A stretch of 64,000 bases of DNA from Squalus acanthias. Its lineage: Eukaryota. Shown here piece by piece: positions 24,572 to 36,299 of the stretch. The stretch covers positions 141,362,001 through 141,426,000 of the forward strand of contig CM059431.1 in NCBI GenBank assembly GCA_030390025.1, given 5' to 3'. The translations under genes and the position numbers were made by a program. The notes beneath the pieces are model-generated. The model saw nothing but the letters and a program-made list of their open reading frames with translations, made no database searches and was not told the DNA's origin. Positions within the stretch are counted from its first letter, which is position 1. Every line of letters starts with the position of its first letter.

Positions 24572-25244
24572 CTGCGGATCAGTGGCAAGAATATTTTCAG
24601 GGCAGTCAGAAATAATACGACTTCAGGCAACGAGAACTGTCGTACACACAGCGACAGCACAATTCAAAACGAATCTCAAAGAGAACTTACGAATTCTGGG
24701 CAAACAAAGAATATTGGGAGCAGAATTGATCTCCGCCAGTAATGCTAAACGGGCATCGGAAACCCGTTTTATGCTCCTCCGGATTTTCCTCTGCGATTGA
24801 AAAGAAAATCGGGAGGAGCGTAACGCAGACTAATTTCACCCCCATTTTCTCAATATTCAGCGACCGCCGACAGGGCATCAAGAATATTTCTTCAGCTGAA
24901 AGCATATTTCAGTGTGGGGGAGGGAAATAATGGACCAGGGCGTGGAAATGTTACTCAGCCCCCGTTTGCAAGTCTGACATTTGCATTTAGATAACAAACT
25001 GACTGCAATGTTTGAAGTCTGGAAGAACATTTCATTGAAGCTTCTCTGCACTCCAGGCTGAGAAGGGAGCAGCCGCAAAACACAGGAGCTGCAGCGCCGC
25101 CATAGGCAGGCGGGTGTAATTACAGCATAAACTCTGCTCGTTACAAAAGTGAACAAATGGAAATGAAATTGGAAATGTTATAGCAGGTTGTACACATATT
25201 ATATCCGAACAGGTCAAAGTTACTTTAATCTCCGCAGTACCAAT

Positions 25245-25600
25245 TCATAGAATGATAGAATGATACAGCAGAGAATGAGGCCATTCGGCCCATCCTGCGT
25301 GTGCTTGCACCTTGAAAGAAATATCCAAATAGACACACGCCCCTGCCCTTTCCCCATAGCCCCGCATTTTTTTACATTCAAGTATTTATCCAATTTCCTT
25401 TTGAAAATTAGAATTTAATCTGCTTCCACCATGCTTTCAGGCAATGCATTCCAGATCATAACAAGTCGCTGTGTAAAAAAACAATTCTCATTATCTCCCC
25501 ACTGGTCCTTTTGCCAATTACCTTCAGTCTGTGTCCTCTGGTTACCGACCCTCTGCTACTGGAATCAGTTTTTCATGATTTATTCTATTAAAAAAAACAT
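25245..25600 (-). mobile_element. CR1 3' fragment
   Basis: CATAGAATGATAGAATGATACAGC..GGCCATTCGGCCC tail. Confidence 0.75.
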
Positions 25601-26019
25601 GATTCACATGACCAAAGAAATAAATCATATTGTTAGCTATTTGGAGATTTTGAGCAAGTTTATACTGCCTCTGTAAAGATTTATATTAACTTCAAGCTTG
25701 TTTCCTGTATACATGACTTCACAGGATGTCCGTTCATCCCATTGAAACGCTGAATTGACAGTATATTAAGGTTACACGTCGTAAGATAAAAACCCAGAGC
25801 GGTCTTAGAACGCCTCTTAAAGGGATTTCTCACTGCTTCTCTCTCAAGTTGATCCGCCGTTTATTACGCCTGTGTGTGCCTGGGAAATGCAAAGCGACGC
25901 AAAGCTGAACTGTGAAGGGTAATCTCAATTGTTTTTATATGACTTTATTTATTTGTGCAATCAACCATAACACGGCCAGAGGGAGTGCTGATTTGAAACT
26001 GTTATTCATGTATTAAGGG

Positions 26020-26452
26020 AGCTTTGCTAACGCTGTATAACACAGTGCTTATGCTTCAGTTGGAGTACTGTGGCCAATACTGGGCACCACAATTTCGGAA
26101 TGATGTCAAAGCCTTAGAGAGGGCGCAGATTAGATTTTATAGAAAGTTACCAGGGATGAAAAACTTCAGTTACGTGGATAGACTAGAGAAACTGGGGCTG
26201 TTCTCCTTAGAGCAAAGAATGTTAAGGGAAAATTTGATCATGAAGGCGTTTGATAGATAAATAAAAGAGAAATCGGTTCCAATTGCAGAGCGGTCGGTAC
26301 CCAGAGCCACAGATTTAAGGTAATTGGAAAATTAACCAGAGGCGACCTGAGGACAAAAGATATGCAGCGAGTTGTTGTGATCTGGAATGCACTGTCTGAA
26401 AGTGAGTTGGAAGCAGATTCAATAATAACTTTCAAAGGAGAATTGGATAAAA
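26020..26452 (+). mobile_element. CR1 fragment ending just downstream of the MS4A exon 4 donor
   Basis: LEYCGQYWAPQFRNDVKALERAQ..LEKLGLFSLEQR in ORF 26024..26260. Confidence 0.85.
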
Positions 26453-26468
26453 ATAGTTCTATACTTAC

Positions 26469-26613
26469 AGCCAAAGTAAAACACCAGAATCATAGATACA
26501 ACCAGAAGGCAGAGAATGAGTGGGGTCCTAACCTGGATGTAAATGAACAACAGGACCAGACTGGCTGCACCAAGAAGGGCACTCATTGCACTCAGCGCCA
26601 GACAGGTCGCCAC
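26469..26613 (-). CDS. MS4A copy A exon 4 (TM3 + loop; 145 nt)
   Basis: TTCTTCGAAG|VATCLALSAMSALLGAASLVLLFIYIQ...|GTAAGT. Acceptor context is identical to the paralog. Confidence 0.8.
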
Positions 26614-27663
26614 CTTCGAAGAATAAGCAAAAGATTACTAAAATATTTGAATTTGGTGTGATCTTCACAATGCCATTAGTTGTCTTGGTGGAAAATCTCA
26701 TTCAAAGCACCCATCTAAAGACATTAATAAGTTCCAAATTCCATACAAAACGGATTTATTGCAATAAAAATAGTATCATAAAAGCTTACAGCACACAGTG
26801 CGGCCATTCGGTCCATAATGGCGGTGCTGGCTCTTTGAAAGAGCTCTCAAATTAGAGTTTTTTTTTCCTGGAAATAACATTTAACCTATAATGTCAGGAT
26901 CTGTAGTTGGCATAAAGGACAAACCGAAGAATTGGTATTTATTTCAATCTAATTTATAGAGGGAAGCGTTTTTTCTATTTTGGATTTCGCAGAGCAATCT
27001 GAGCAGTGTGAGTAGTGGGAAACTGCAACTGATCAGGGGTAGAGTCAAATGAACAAACAATGAAATAATTACATAGAAAATCTCGTCTAGACAGTCATTA
27101 GGAACACAGGAACTTAGGAACGGGAGTAGGCCATTCAGACCCTCGAAACTGTTCCGCCAATCAATTACATTATTTCTGATCTTCAGCTAACTATACCTTT
27201 CCGTCTTGGTTCCAAAGAGCTTTAATACTCCTGCCCAGTAAAAGTGCAATGAGAACAAGTGTCTAGAAATACAACTGGGCCTAGTGGGTAAAACACTTTG
27301 GGGTAGAACTTAAAACGAGCTGCCGACTCGCTATCACTCGTTTTACTGTCAACGAGGTCTAAATTGAGCCCCATTGAAGGTAAAAAAGACAATATCGATG
27401 ATGAATTCAACGGAACTGAATACTGGGCCGGACGTCTAACGGACGACCGATGCACTACCGCTTGCTTTTCCAAGCTGCAATTCTCCAATTTCATACCCAA
27501 ACCTACCCAATTATACGGGTTAACACATATCTGAACAATTCCAGTTAAAGTTTCTTTTCCAATACGTCCATAATCAGCTCAGCAACCAGAATGTCAAATT
27601 AGAGCAGTATTCCGTGCAATGGACTGTGGTGTTTAAATGGGGCGTCATCGTGGAGATACTTAC

Positions 27664-27720
27664 AAGGCCTGTAGATGATGTCTTTTCCACAATACACCAC
27701 AGGCTCCCAGAAATAAGAAA
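27664..27720 (-). CDS. MS4A copy A exon 3
   Basis: TTTCCCAG|FLISGSLWCIVEKTSSTGL|GTAAGT; 57 nt. Confidence 0.88.
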
Positions 27721-28184
27721 CTGGGAAAGAAACATGAAATATCAATTCCACATGATAAAGCCTGAGTATAATTAATGTAATACAGAATGATGACTTGCTC
27801 ATTCAGCCTCTCGAGCCTGTTCCACCGTTAATTAGATTATGGCTTATCTGTAAATTGACTTCATCTACTTGCCTTGGTTCCGTAACCCTTAATAAACGCA
27901 TTTAACATAAATCTAGCAGCCTCAGTTTTGAAATTTCCAATTGATCCCTACCCTCAACACCTATTGGAGGGAGACAGTACCAGATTCCCAATATCCTTTA
28001 CGAGAATAAGTGCTTTCTGACATAACTCCTGAATGGACTACTGCTAATTTTAAGGTTATGTTCTGGACTCCCCCACACGAGGAAATAATTTCTCTGTATC
28101 AACCATATTATATACTGTCATCATCTTAACCACCTCAGTTAGATGACCCCTTAATCCTCTATACTCTTGAGCACGTAAAGCAAG

Positions 28185-28541
28185 GATGCCACTCCAGTGC
28201 AGTAATGAGGGATTGTTGTCGGAGGTGCCGTCTTTCGGATGAGACATTAAACCGCCCTCTCAGGTTGACGTAAAACATCCCGTGGCACTATTTCGGAGAA
28301 CAGCAGGGGAATTATCCCCGGTATCCTGGCCAATATTTCTCCCTCAACCAACATAACCAAAACAGATTATCTGGTCATTTTCACATTGCTGTTAGTGGGA
28401 GCTTGCTGTGCGCAAATTTGCTGCTGCGTTTCCCACATTACAACTGTGACTCCACTTCAAAAGTATTTCATTGGCTGCAGAGCGCTTTGAGACGTCCGGT
28501 GGTCGGGAAAGGCGTTATATGAATGGAAGTCGTTCTTTCTC
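28185..28541 (+). mobile_element. Deu-domain SINE (5'-truncated), nested in a CR1 fragment
   Basis: TTTCGGATGAGACATTAAACC..ATCCCGTGGCACTATTTC..CCTGGCCAATATTT core and tail. Confidence 0.85.
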
Positions 28542-29015
28542 GAGGGAATGCAAGTCTAGTCTATGCAACCCGTCCACGTAATTAAAATTAATTTAACCCC
28601 GGTATAATTCTGGTGAACTATAATATCTAACTTAAATTCTGAAACATAATTTTCTGACTAATTATTCACAGACCATCAAAAGTTCAATACGATAGCAATT
28701 AACAAATAACAATATCGATACATAAAGATTTTAAATGAAGCTGGGCGCAGATATTATTATTTTTGCCTTTACCTTCGGAATTTTCGTTCGTCTGACATTC
28801 CATTTGTTCGCTATTGTAACGGGAATGTTATTCGGTTTAGAATAGTTGATGCCTCCGATAAAATAGCGAGAATCAGAAGAATATTATAGCGAGGCGCTAC
28901 ACTTCCATGCATAAAATTGCAAAAAATAAGTCGTCTGACAGCTCATCGAATCAATTCTAACCAAATTTAAATTCCTCCAAACTGTTTCTACTATAGTCTT
29001 TGGACGGAAACTCAC

Positions 29016-29126
29016 CGACAGCCCGCTGCACAAGAGTACTCTGTGTCCTCCTGCCATCGATATCGAATTCAGAATTAAAGGCGACCAGATTATTAGTAAA
29101 AATATTCCCAACAGAATCTGCATAAC
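29016..29126 (-). CDS. MS4A copy A exon 2 (TM1-TM2)
   Basis: CTCTTTTAG|VMQILLGIFLLIIWSPLILNSISMAGGHRVLLCSGLS|GTGAGT; 111 nt. Confidence 0.88.
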
Positions 29127-29588
29127 CTAAAAGAGAACAAGTATCGCACTGTGGAAAACAAGCTAACATGTAGAAAATCATACAAAATAGAACCGTGTGT
29201 GTGAGAGCGAGAGAGCCGGGTAGTGAGAGAGAGGAGAGAGAGATCAAGGTAAGAGACAAGTAAAACTTTGTTGAAAGTTGATTGGGACGATTAGATTAGC
29301 ACATGGTTAGAAAGCTTTAAGATCATTTAAATGGTCAAGGTGTCCCACTGTTCTTCCATTAGTATATTTAGTGTTAGACCAAATGTGGGAGAAAGGGGAA
29401 CTTGACTCTTGTATGAACAATAAACAGTTTGGAAACGCAAAGACACAAATTGATACAAATCCAGCTCAAGTAATAGGCTGAAAAGAGACTAGTTGCCAAG
29501 ACACCATCTACCACAGTAAAACATAAACATGGACCTACTTACTGCATTATAAACAAAGTTTGTGGAACAGAGGCCAGGTCCGAATAAT

Positions 29589-29770
29589 GGCCTAGAAATT
29601 TACTCCGGCGGTGATACAAAATGGGCGGTATCGGATCGGCGGCCCAGATATCCCCAGTTATATTCAGTCCTGTTGACTGCAATGGAACTGAATATCCGGC
29701 GCTCTGAATAGCAGCCAACTACCCGATACCGCCTGTTTTGCGCCAGCGCCCGAGACGAAATTCTAGTCTA
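29589..29770. mobile_element. Palindromic ~180-bp hairpin MITE (clearest of many copies)
   Basis: GGCCTAGAAATT ... AATTCTAGTCT, with internal arms GGCGGTATCGG/CCGATACCGCC and centre TTGACTGCAA. Confidence 0.75.
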
Positions 29771-30289
29771 AAAAGCGGGGTAAACACCTGAAAACGTGGC
29801 CTCGCCAAAAAGTGCAACTGTGTATTACGTAGGCTCAGGCCAAGCTTGTACTATAGTAAAAGAATAGAAACTGTTTGCACCCAAGGCTGAGCGTTCTCGG
29901 GTTGGTCAGGAGCCACGCAGCCACAGGGGTGTCCTGGAGGATGGAGCTGGGCGCTCCATGCCTGGGAAACACGGGCTGGGTGGTTCTCTTGGCGGTCGGA
30001 GCGCTCTCAGGGTAAGTCGGATGCCCGTAAACATGCAGGCAGCCTAGAGCCGAAAGTGATCACTCCGGGTCGGGGAATCAATTTGTATACTTTGCATGTC
30101 ATCTTGTCATTAAATATAACACTGCAGAACAGTTATATAAAATCGAATACTGTTATTGTTCAATGTAATAAAGCTTGCTATTATAAAAAACAAATTTGTT
30201 CATGAATCATGAGCTGAGTTATTGTCGCCGGACTACCAACACTTTGTTACGACGATAACCACGGGGGAAATTCTCCAAGAATCTATCCC

Positions 30290-30695
30290 CGTGGACCATA
30301 TTAAACATTCACTCCCTTCACCACTGGCGCACCATGGCTGCAGTGTTGCACCATCTACAGGATGCACTGCAGCAACTCGCCAAGGCTTCTTAAACGGCAC
30401 TGCCCAAACCCGGGAACTCCACAACCCAGAAGGACAAGGGCAACAGGCGCATGGGAACACCATAAACTCCGCTCCAAGTCACACACCATCCCGACATGGG
30501 CAGATATCCCCCGTTCCTTCATCATCGCTGGGTCAAAACCCTTGAGATCCTTGGCTGACAGCACTGTGGGAGCACATTCACCTCATGGATTGTAACTGTT
30601 CAACAAGAAGGCGAACCACGATTTTCTCCAGGGGACATGGTCTGAGAAATAAATGCTGACCTTGCTAGCGAGGCCTATATCCCCAGAATTAATTT
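30290..30695 (+). mobile_element. 3' fragment of the second LINE family in MS4A intron 1
   Basis: Matches 23870-24270. The counterpart in the paralog is at 46620-46980. Confidence 0.8.
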
Positions 30696-30900
30696 TAAAA
30701 GTATATCTCAGACATGTACTCATGAACATATTTCCCGGTTAGTAGTCCCAGTGAAATTCTACCTGTGATCACAGTGAAGTTATTTACAATTTCGCTACGG
30801 GAACTAACCTCCAAGGCGTGTTGAAACTAAAGCATTGCATGTTTAAATTGTGATCTACTTGAGAAGGATTAAATGAATAAAATAAAAGCATTAATCTTAC

Positions 30901-31065
30901 CCCCAGAACTTTCGCTTTTCCCATCTGAATTCCTGGACTGTTTACTCTTCTGTTTGGTGAATGAGTCTGGAAGCCTCCCCGTCTCACTAGGGCTTCCCTT
31001 GTACCAGATTGTGGCTTAATATAGGGACTGATGACGCTCCCTTCAGTGCCCAGTGAAGTTGCCAT
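30901..31065 (-). CDS. MS4A copy A first coding exon
   Basis: MATSLGTEGSVISPYIKPQSGTREALVRRGGFQTHSPNRRVNSPGIQMGKAKVLG|GTAAGA; 165 nt. Confidence 0.88.
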
Positions 31066-32910
31066 GTTCCAAATTAGGACTGGTCACTCGACCCTTAGTG
31101 AATAAGAAGATGGTTCCACAGACATTAGAATGCCAACATTTCACTTAATAGTAACTAAACAGTACTCTTTATAGGATTATAATCTAACAATGGAAATTTA
31201 TAACATGTCAGCCATCCTGGCAGCGAATCTTTAACTATTTTGTACGAATTCAATTCATTTCGGTTGAACCCATCAATTTGCCACGTTCATGTCATGTTCA
31301 TAAGGTTCTTTCCTTTGAATCTTGAGAAGTGCTTCGTTTTTACGAATCACATGTTGGAGATTTTAATAATTCAGTTATAAAAATCTAACAAGCTAAACCT
31401 CTGAAGGAAATTTTCCACCCAATGTTGAAATTTAATCGGGGCAATGGATTTGGGCCAAATCGATGGCCGTATTTTTCCTGCGGTGGTGAAGTGCTTTGTT
31501 CTGTCTGATATTCGTTCTGAAATCGCAAGCATGTATTTTCAATTGTGATTTTTGCTATAATTACCAACCGAAATAACATTTCCATGCACACCTAGGCAAT
31601 CGTTTCAATACAGCCTAGCGAACATCTTCCCATTTAAGTTTCATCCCGTTCTCTATATTTATAACAATAAAGCACTCAACAAATATGTTATTAATGAGGA
31701 GGTTACACTTATCATTGAACTAAAAAAAGAAAAGTAATTGCATCAATGTAAAAATTAGTGCCTTATTTCGGCTGAAAAACGATTAGTTTTAATTCTGCAT
31801 TTTGTTAAATGCAAATTGATTAATCAGTTGTTAAAAATCATCTAACGGGACATGTTCCTTGTGTTTGTCGAACAGACACATATTTCGAGGCAAATATCTT
31901 CACTCTCTTCTAATTTCAGAATGCAACATTACCTCAAGCAGGCATTGAAATTTACTTCAGTCGTTACAAAGGACATTGTTGCAATAACCAGATAGAGGAA
32001 AATAATGCATAGAAGTTACAACACAAAAAACAGGCCAGTCAGCCTAACAAGGCGGTATCTGTGTTTAACCTTGAAACGAGCAAATTACAGAAAAAAATTG
32101 AGCGAAAATAGCAGGTTTGAAACCTGATTATTACGTTCAGTGTATCTACATCTGATCCATACATTCAGGATCCAGCGCAGACTCGATGGGCTGAATGGCC
32201 TTCTTCTGTGCTGTACTATTCTATGATTCTATAAGCGGTTGTGAAGTTTACAGCCACAGATCGGAATTTCTATCCATAATTATTAGCGCAGGAAATTCTT
32301 ATCAGTTCACATGGGATTTTTCCGTCTGATCCCCTGGACTGCTATTGATCGACGGAGGGGGCCGCAGAGGGGTTTTCCAGCTTATGTTTTCCTTATTGGC
32401 CCTGAGTTTTTTACTCTGGTTATTCTGCCTCTCCCAGGAGATTACATGGCTGCCGGGGTGGGAGGTGGGGACGTGCGATGATGCTCCGGCCAACGTGGTG
32501 TGGGGAAGGCTTGACGCAGCAGCTGGTCTCTTCCTGCCCACACATTCCGTATGTTGGTGTGATATTGTCTGTAATGGTTGGATTGCATTTGAGGACAGGA
32601 CCTCAACTGACAAATTCGGACTAAAGATATTCATCATTCCGAGCAGATACTGTAATATGTATGCAGATAAACATGTTACAATTCTGCACATTTTGGTTGC
32701 GTAAAACGGGCGATTTTCTGCCCTCGCCAGATTTTCCCTTCAATGGATCTCAATGGAAAGGAACATCTGGCGGGCGTGAAACGGGGGCTAATTCCACATC
32801 GCCCATTTCACACCATCGTCCAGGGTTTAAATTGTCCCCATTGATCGCAACAATAGCCATGACTCTGGTAAAATGAATCACATGGACAATATGAAGTCGG
32901 CTTAACTTAC

Positions 32911-33010
32911 CCGTGAGGATCGGTCACCGATCGGAACTCTGCGCCCACCTTCAGAGCTCGCGAGCCTTTCTGACGGGACACTTGAGTAACACTGCGGGGT
33001 GTGTCTGATA
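32911..33010 (-). other. Putative 5'UTR exon of MS4A copy A
   Basis: Ends CACGG|GTAAGTTA and is homologous to 44420-44516. The 5' limit is approximate. Confidence 0.55.
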
Positions 33011-33419
33011 CAACCGGTTAGCTGGGGGTGGAGTTTGGCCCTGTTCTCTCACTAGCTTCTCAAAAGAGCAGTCCAACCATTTTATCTTTTCTGCAGCTGT
33101 ATTCGTCAGTTCAGTTCCGTGAAGAACAGCTGATATTTGTAGGATAGAATGCGGAAATGCCGATCTGTAATGTGAGTCTAGATATTACACTTGGTCCTAT
33201 AAGTGGAGAGACGTTTCCTGTGTCCGTACTGATGATAATTTTATCGGAAGGTTCAACGTTTGAAGTGAAGGAATAGGCGCTAAAGTTGGAAAGTAGATTT
33301 TCAAGAATCACTGATTAGTCAATTATCCCAAAATAATCTCCAAGCGATAATTTCTTATCTTGTTCATTGTCTCCTGAAACCTAGTAGCAAATTACCATAT
33401 TAATCCGTTCAATTGTTTT

Positions 33420-33815
33420 TATTCATTCTAGGCATGTGGGTGTCGCTGGAAAGGTCGGAATTTAATGCCCATCCCTAGTTGTCCTGGATACAGCTGACAG
33501 GCTCGCTAGTCCACTTCAGAGGGGCCGTTAGGACTCAGCCACCTTGGTTTGGGACTGGAGTCACACAGAGGCCCAGACATGGTAAGAAATGCAGGTTTCC
33601 TTCTCTAAAGGACATCAGTGAACCAGTTGCGTTTTAAGACAACCCGACAGCTTCATGATTGGTTTTACTGGTTCCAGCCTTTTATTTCCAGAACTTTTCA
33701 GAAACCGAATTCAAATACTCAAGCTGGCATGGTGGGATTTTAACTCACGTTCTCTGGATTATTACTCGAGGATACCAAGTCAGTATTCCAGTAGAATAAG
33801 CATGGCATTACCATA
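33420..33815 (-). mobile_element. tRNA-derived SINE sharing its 3' tail with the second LINE family
   Basis: Same structure as 47001-47459. Confidence 0.8.
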
Positions 33816-34249
33816 CCTGATAAAATTGGTTGAATTGTGATATTATTCTTCAAACACCAGAACTCGTGGCCCGTGTTGACTGATCTTATGATATTGCGAG
33901 ATTCTGAGTTATGAATTATGTGTATATAAATCCGAAACACATTCTCTGTACACGGGTTAACGATTCGGCGAGACTTAGGGAGCAGGGGAACTTTTGGAGA
34001 TTGCATATAACTGGTTATGTGTCCTTCCTACTATTGATCTAGAACAGAACGGTGATGACTGCAGTCTGTTCCAACTCGAACCGCGGGCTAACGGTGCAAT
34101 TATCATTGTCGGTGTCAATGCAGAATGGAAATTTGCACAGATTTACACAAACATTTGACAGAAATGTAGTTGGGGACGATTAATGTATTTACCTTTCGGG
34201 CCTGGATGGAAGAAGGAAATCAGGGCGTTGAATTCCCTTCTCTCCCTCT

Positions 34250-35062
34250 TTAGTGTCAGCCGCGGCTCAGCTGGTCACTCCCTCGCCTCTGAATCAGAAG
34301 GTTATCGGTTAAAATCCCAATCCAGAGACTTGGGCAGAAAAATCTTGGCTGACACTCCAGTGGGGTGCTGCACTGTCGGAGGTGCCTTTCTTCAGATGAT
34401 ACTTAAGCTACATAGGATATATGGCACAGAAACAGGCCATTCGGCCCAAGCAGTCCATGCCGGCATTTATACTCTGCTCGAAACTCCTCCCATCTTTCAT
34501 CAACTAAATCTATCAGCACATCCCTCTATTCCCTTCTCCCTCATATGCTTGCCTAGCCTTCCCTTAAAAGCATCTATACTATTGGCTTCAACTACTCCCT
34601 GTGGTAGAGAGATCAACATTCTCACCACTCTCTGGGGAAACAAGTTACTTCTGAATTCCCTAATTGATTTCTTTGTGACTATCTTATACTGATGGCCTCA
34701 GTTATGCTCTTCCCCACAAGTGGAAACACTATTAAGTGGATACGTAAGCCCGAGGCCCCTTCAGCCCTCTCAAATGACGTAAAATATGCCTAAGCGCTAT
34801 TTGGAAGAAGAGCAGGGGAGATATCCCCGTGTCCTGGCCAATATTTATCCCTCAATCAACATCACTGAAAATAGATTATCAGATCATTAACGCATTGCTG
34901 TTTATGGGAGCTTGCTGTGCGCATATTGGCTGCCGCCGTTCCTAAATTACAATGGCGACTACACTTGAAAAAAAAACATTTATTGGATGTAACGCGCTTT
35001 GGGTCGTCCGGTGGTGGTGAACGGTGCTATATAAATACAAGTCTTTCTTTTTGTTTCCTTTT
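34250..35062 (+). mobile_element. Deu-domain SINE interrupted by a CR1 3' fragment (about 34410-34730, minus)
   Basis: tRNA-like head at 34250-34400; Deu core and tail at 34745-35062. Confidence 0.8.
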
Positions 35063-35130
35063 TTTCTGCCCGGGCTGTTGTTGGAAGTTGGTTTCTCGCA
35101 GCCTGAGTTCAGATGGTCGATTATCTCAAT

Positions 35131-36295
35131 GGGCCGAAAATTGATCCCGGGACGCGAGAGTACGCACTGCGTACTCTCGCTTTTTCCCACTCCAATTGCC
35201 GGTTTTCTGCATGCCCTGCGCATGCGCTGAAAACCGGCAATTGCTCTTCTGAAAAGGGGGCGGGTCCTGGGTGCATCGCGTGCGCGCTACAGGCTGCGCG
35301 CACGCTGTGCACTTCATGCTTTGGACGCGCAGGTAAGTAGGGAAGATTTTGGAAATGTAAAAAGGAGGAGTAAGACCCGCTTTTAGAAACATAGAAACAT
35401 AGAATCTAGGAGCAGGAGTAGGCCATTCGGCCCGTCGAGCCTGCTCCGCCATTCAATACGATCATGGCTGATCATCCAAATCCAGTACCCTGTCCCTGCT
35501 TTAATCCCCACCCTACCCCCGTAACCCCACGTATTTAATTCCCCTTAACATATCCCATCCTATCCCCATAACCCCACATATTTAATCCCCCCCTAACACT
35601 AAGGGTCAATTTATCATAGCCAAATCAACCTAACCCACACATTTTTGGACTGTGGGAGGAAACCGGAGCACCCGGAGGAAACCCACGCAGACACGGGGAG
35701 AATGTGCAAACTCCACACAGACAGTCACCCGAGGTCAGATTCGAACCCGGGTCTCTGGCGCTGTGAGGCACCAGTGCTAACCACTATGCCACCGTGTTGC
35801 CCTTTTAAGAAGGTAAGTAGTGAATTAAGTATTTTTTTGAATTTTTTTTCACAGGTATATCTTTTTTAGAGACTTTAAAGACAGGTAAGTTTATTTTTAT
35901 AACTTTTTAAAAGATTTTAAATTTTTTCAAAAATTTAATTTTTTATTTAAAATGGTTAATTTAATTAACTATACTTATTTTATTAATGTGATGGGTTTTT
36001 TTTAAATTTAATTGAGGTTTAGCTGTTATTTTGGGGGGGTGTAAGATTCATAGATTTCAAAGCCATGCTGTGAGACTTATGAATGGAAGATGGTGTGCCG
36101 CCATTGGCTCTAACTGAGTCACGTGATCCCACAGCTCGCACGAATTCACTACGCCGCTGGGATACGCAAGCCCAGCACAGCTGATGTCTGGAACATCAAG
36201 TTCGTGCGAGCTGGATCTGAAAAAGCACAAGCGAGGTGAGACATCGCGGGAAAGGCTTACCCCCGCGGGAACAGAGCGAGATCAATTTCTGGGCC
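35131..36295. mobile_element. Harbinger-like non-autonomous DNA transposon containing an HE1 SINE
   Basis: TIRs GGGCCGAAAATTGATCCCG / CGAGATCAATTTCTGGGCC with AAT on both sides. Related to 48231-48965. Confidence 0.8.
35385..35802 (-). mobile_element. HE1-type V-SINE, full length and well preserved
   Basis: Minus strand reads GGGCAACACGGTGGCATAGTGGTTAGCACTGG..GGGTTCGAATC, V-domain GTGGAGTTTGCACATTCTCCCCGTGTCTGCGTGGG, and a CR1-type tail with (TTCTATGT)n. Confidence 0.92.
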
Positions 36296-36299
36296 AATG

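Larger units (their letters stand above)
21263..31065 (-). pseudogene. MS4A/CD20-like tetraspan gene, copy A (six coding exons; frame broken at exon 4 with the conserved donor)
   Basis: Exons 31065-30901, 29126-29016, 27720-27664, 26613-26469, 24571-24446 and 21337-21263, all GT-AG. Shows the MS4A signature GKAKVLG-VMQILLG, SGSLWCIVEK, TM3 and TM4. Exon 4 is 145 nt (3n+1). Confidence 0.8.

Noticed and set aside
24878..25217. Possible extra MS4A exon restoring frame in copy A
   Set aside because: Phase-1 entry at the candidate acceptors gives immediate stops, and I saw no counterpart in copy B.
35730..35802. tRNA gene
   Set aside because: It is the tRNA-derived head of an HE1 SINE, continuous with the V-domain and tail.
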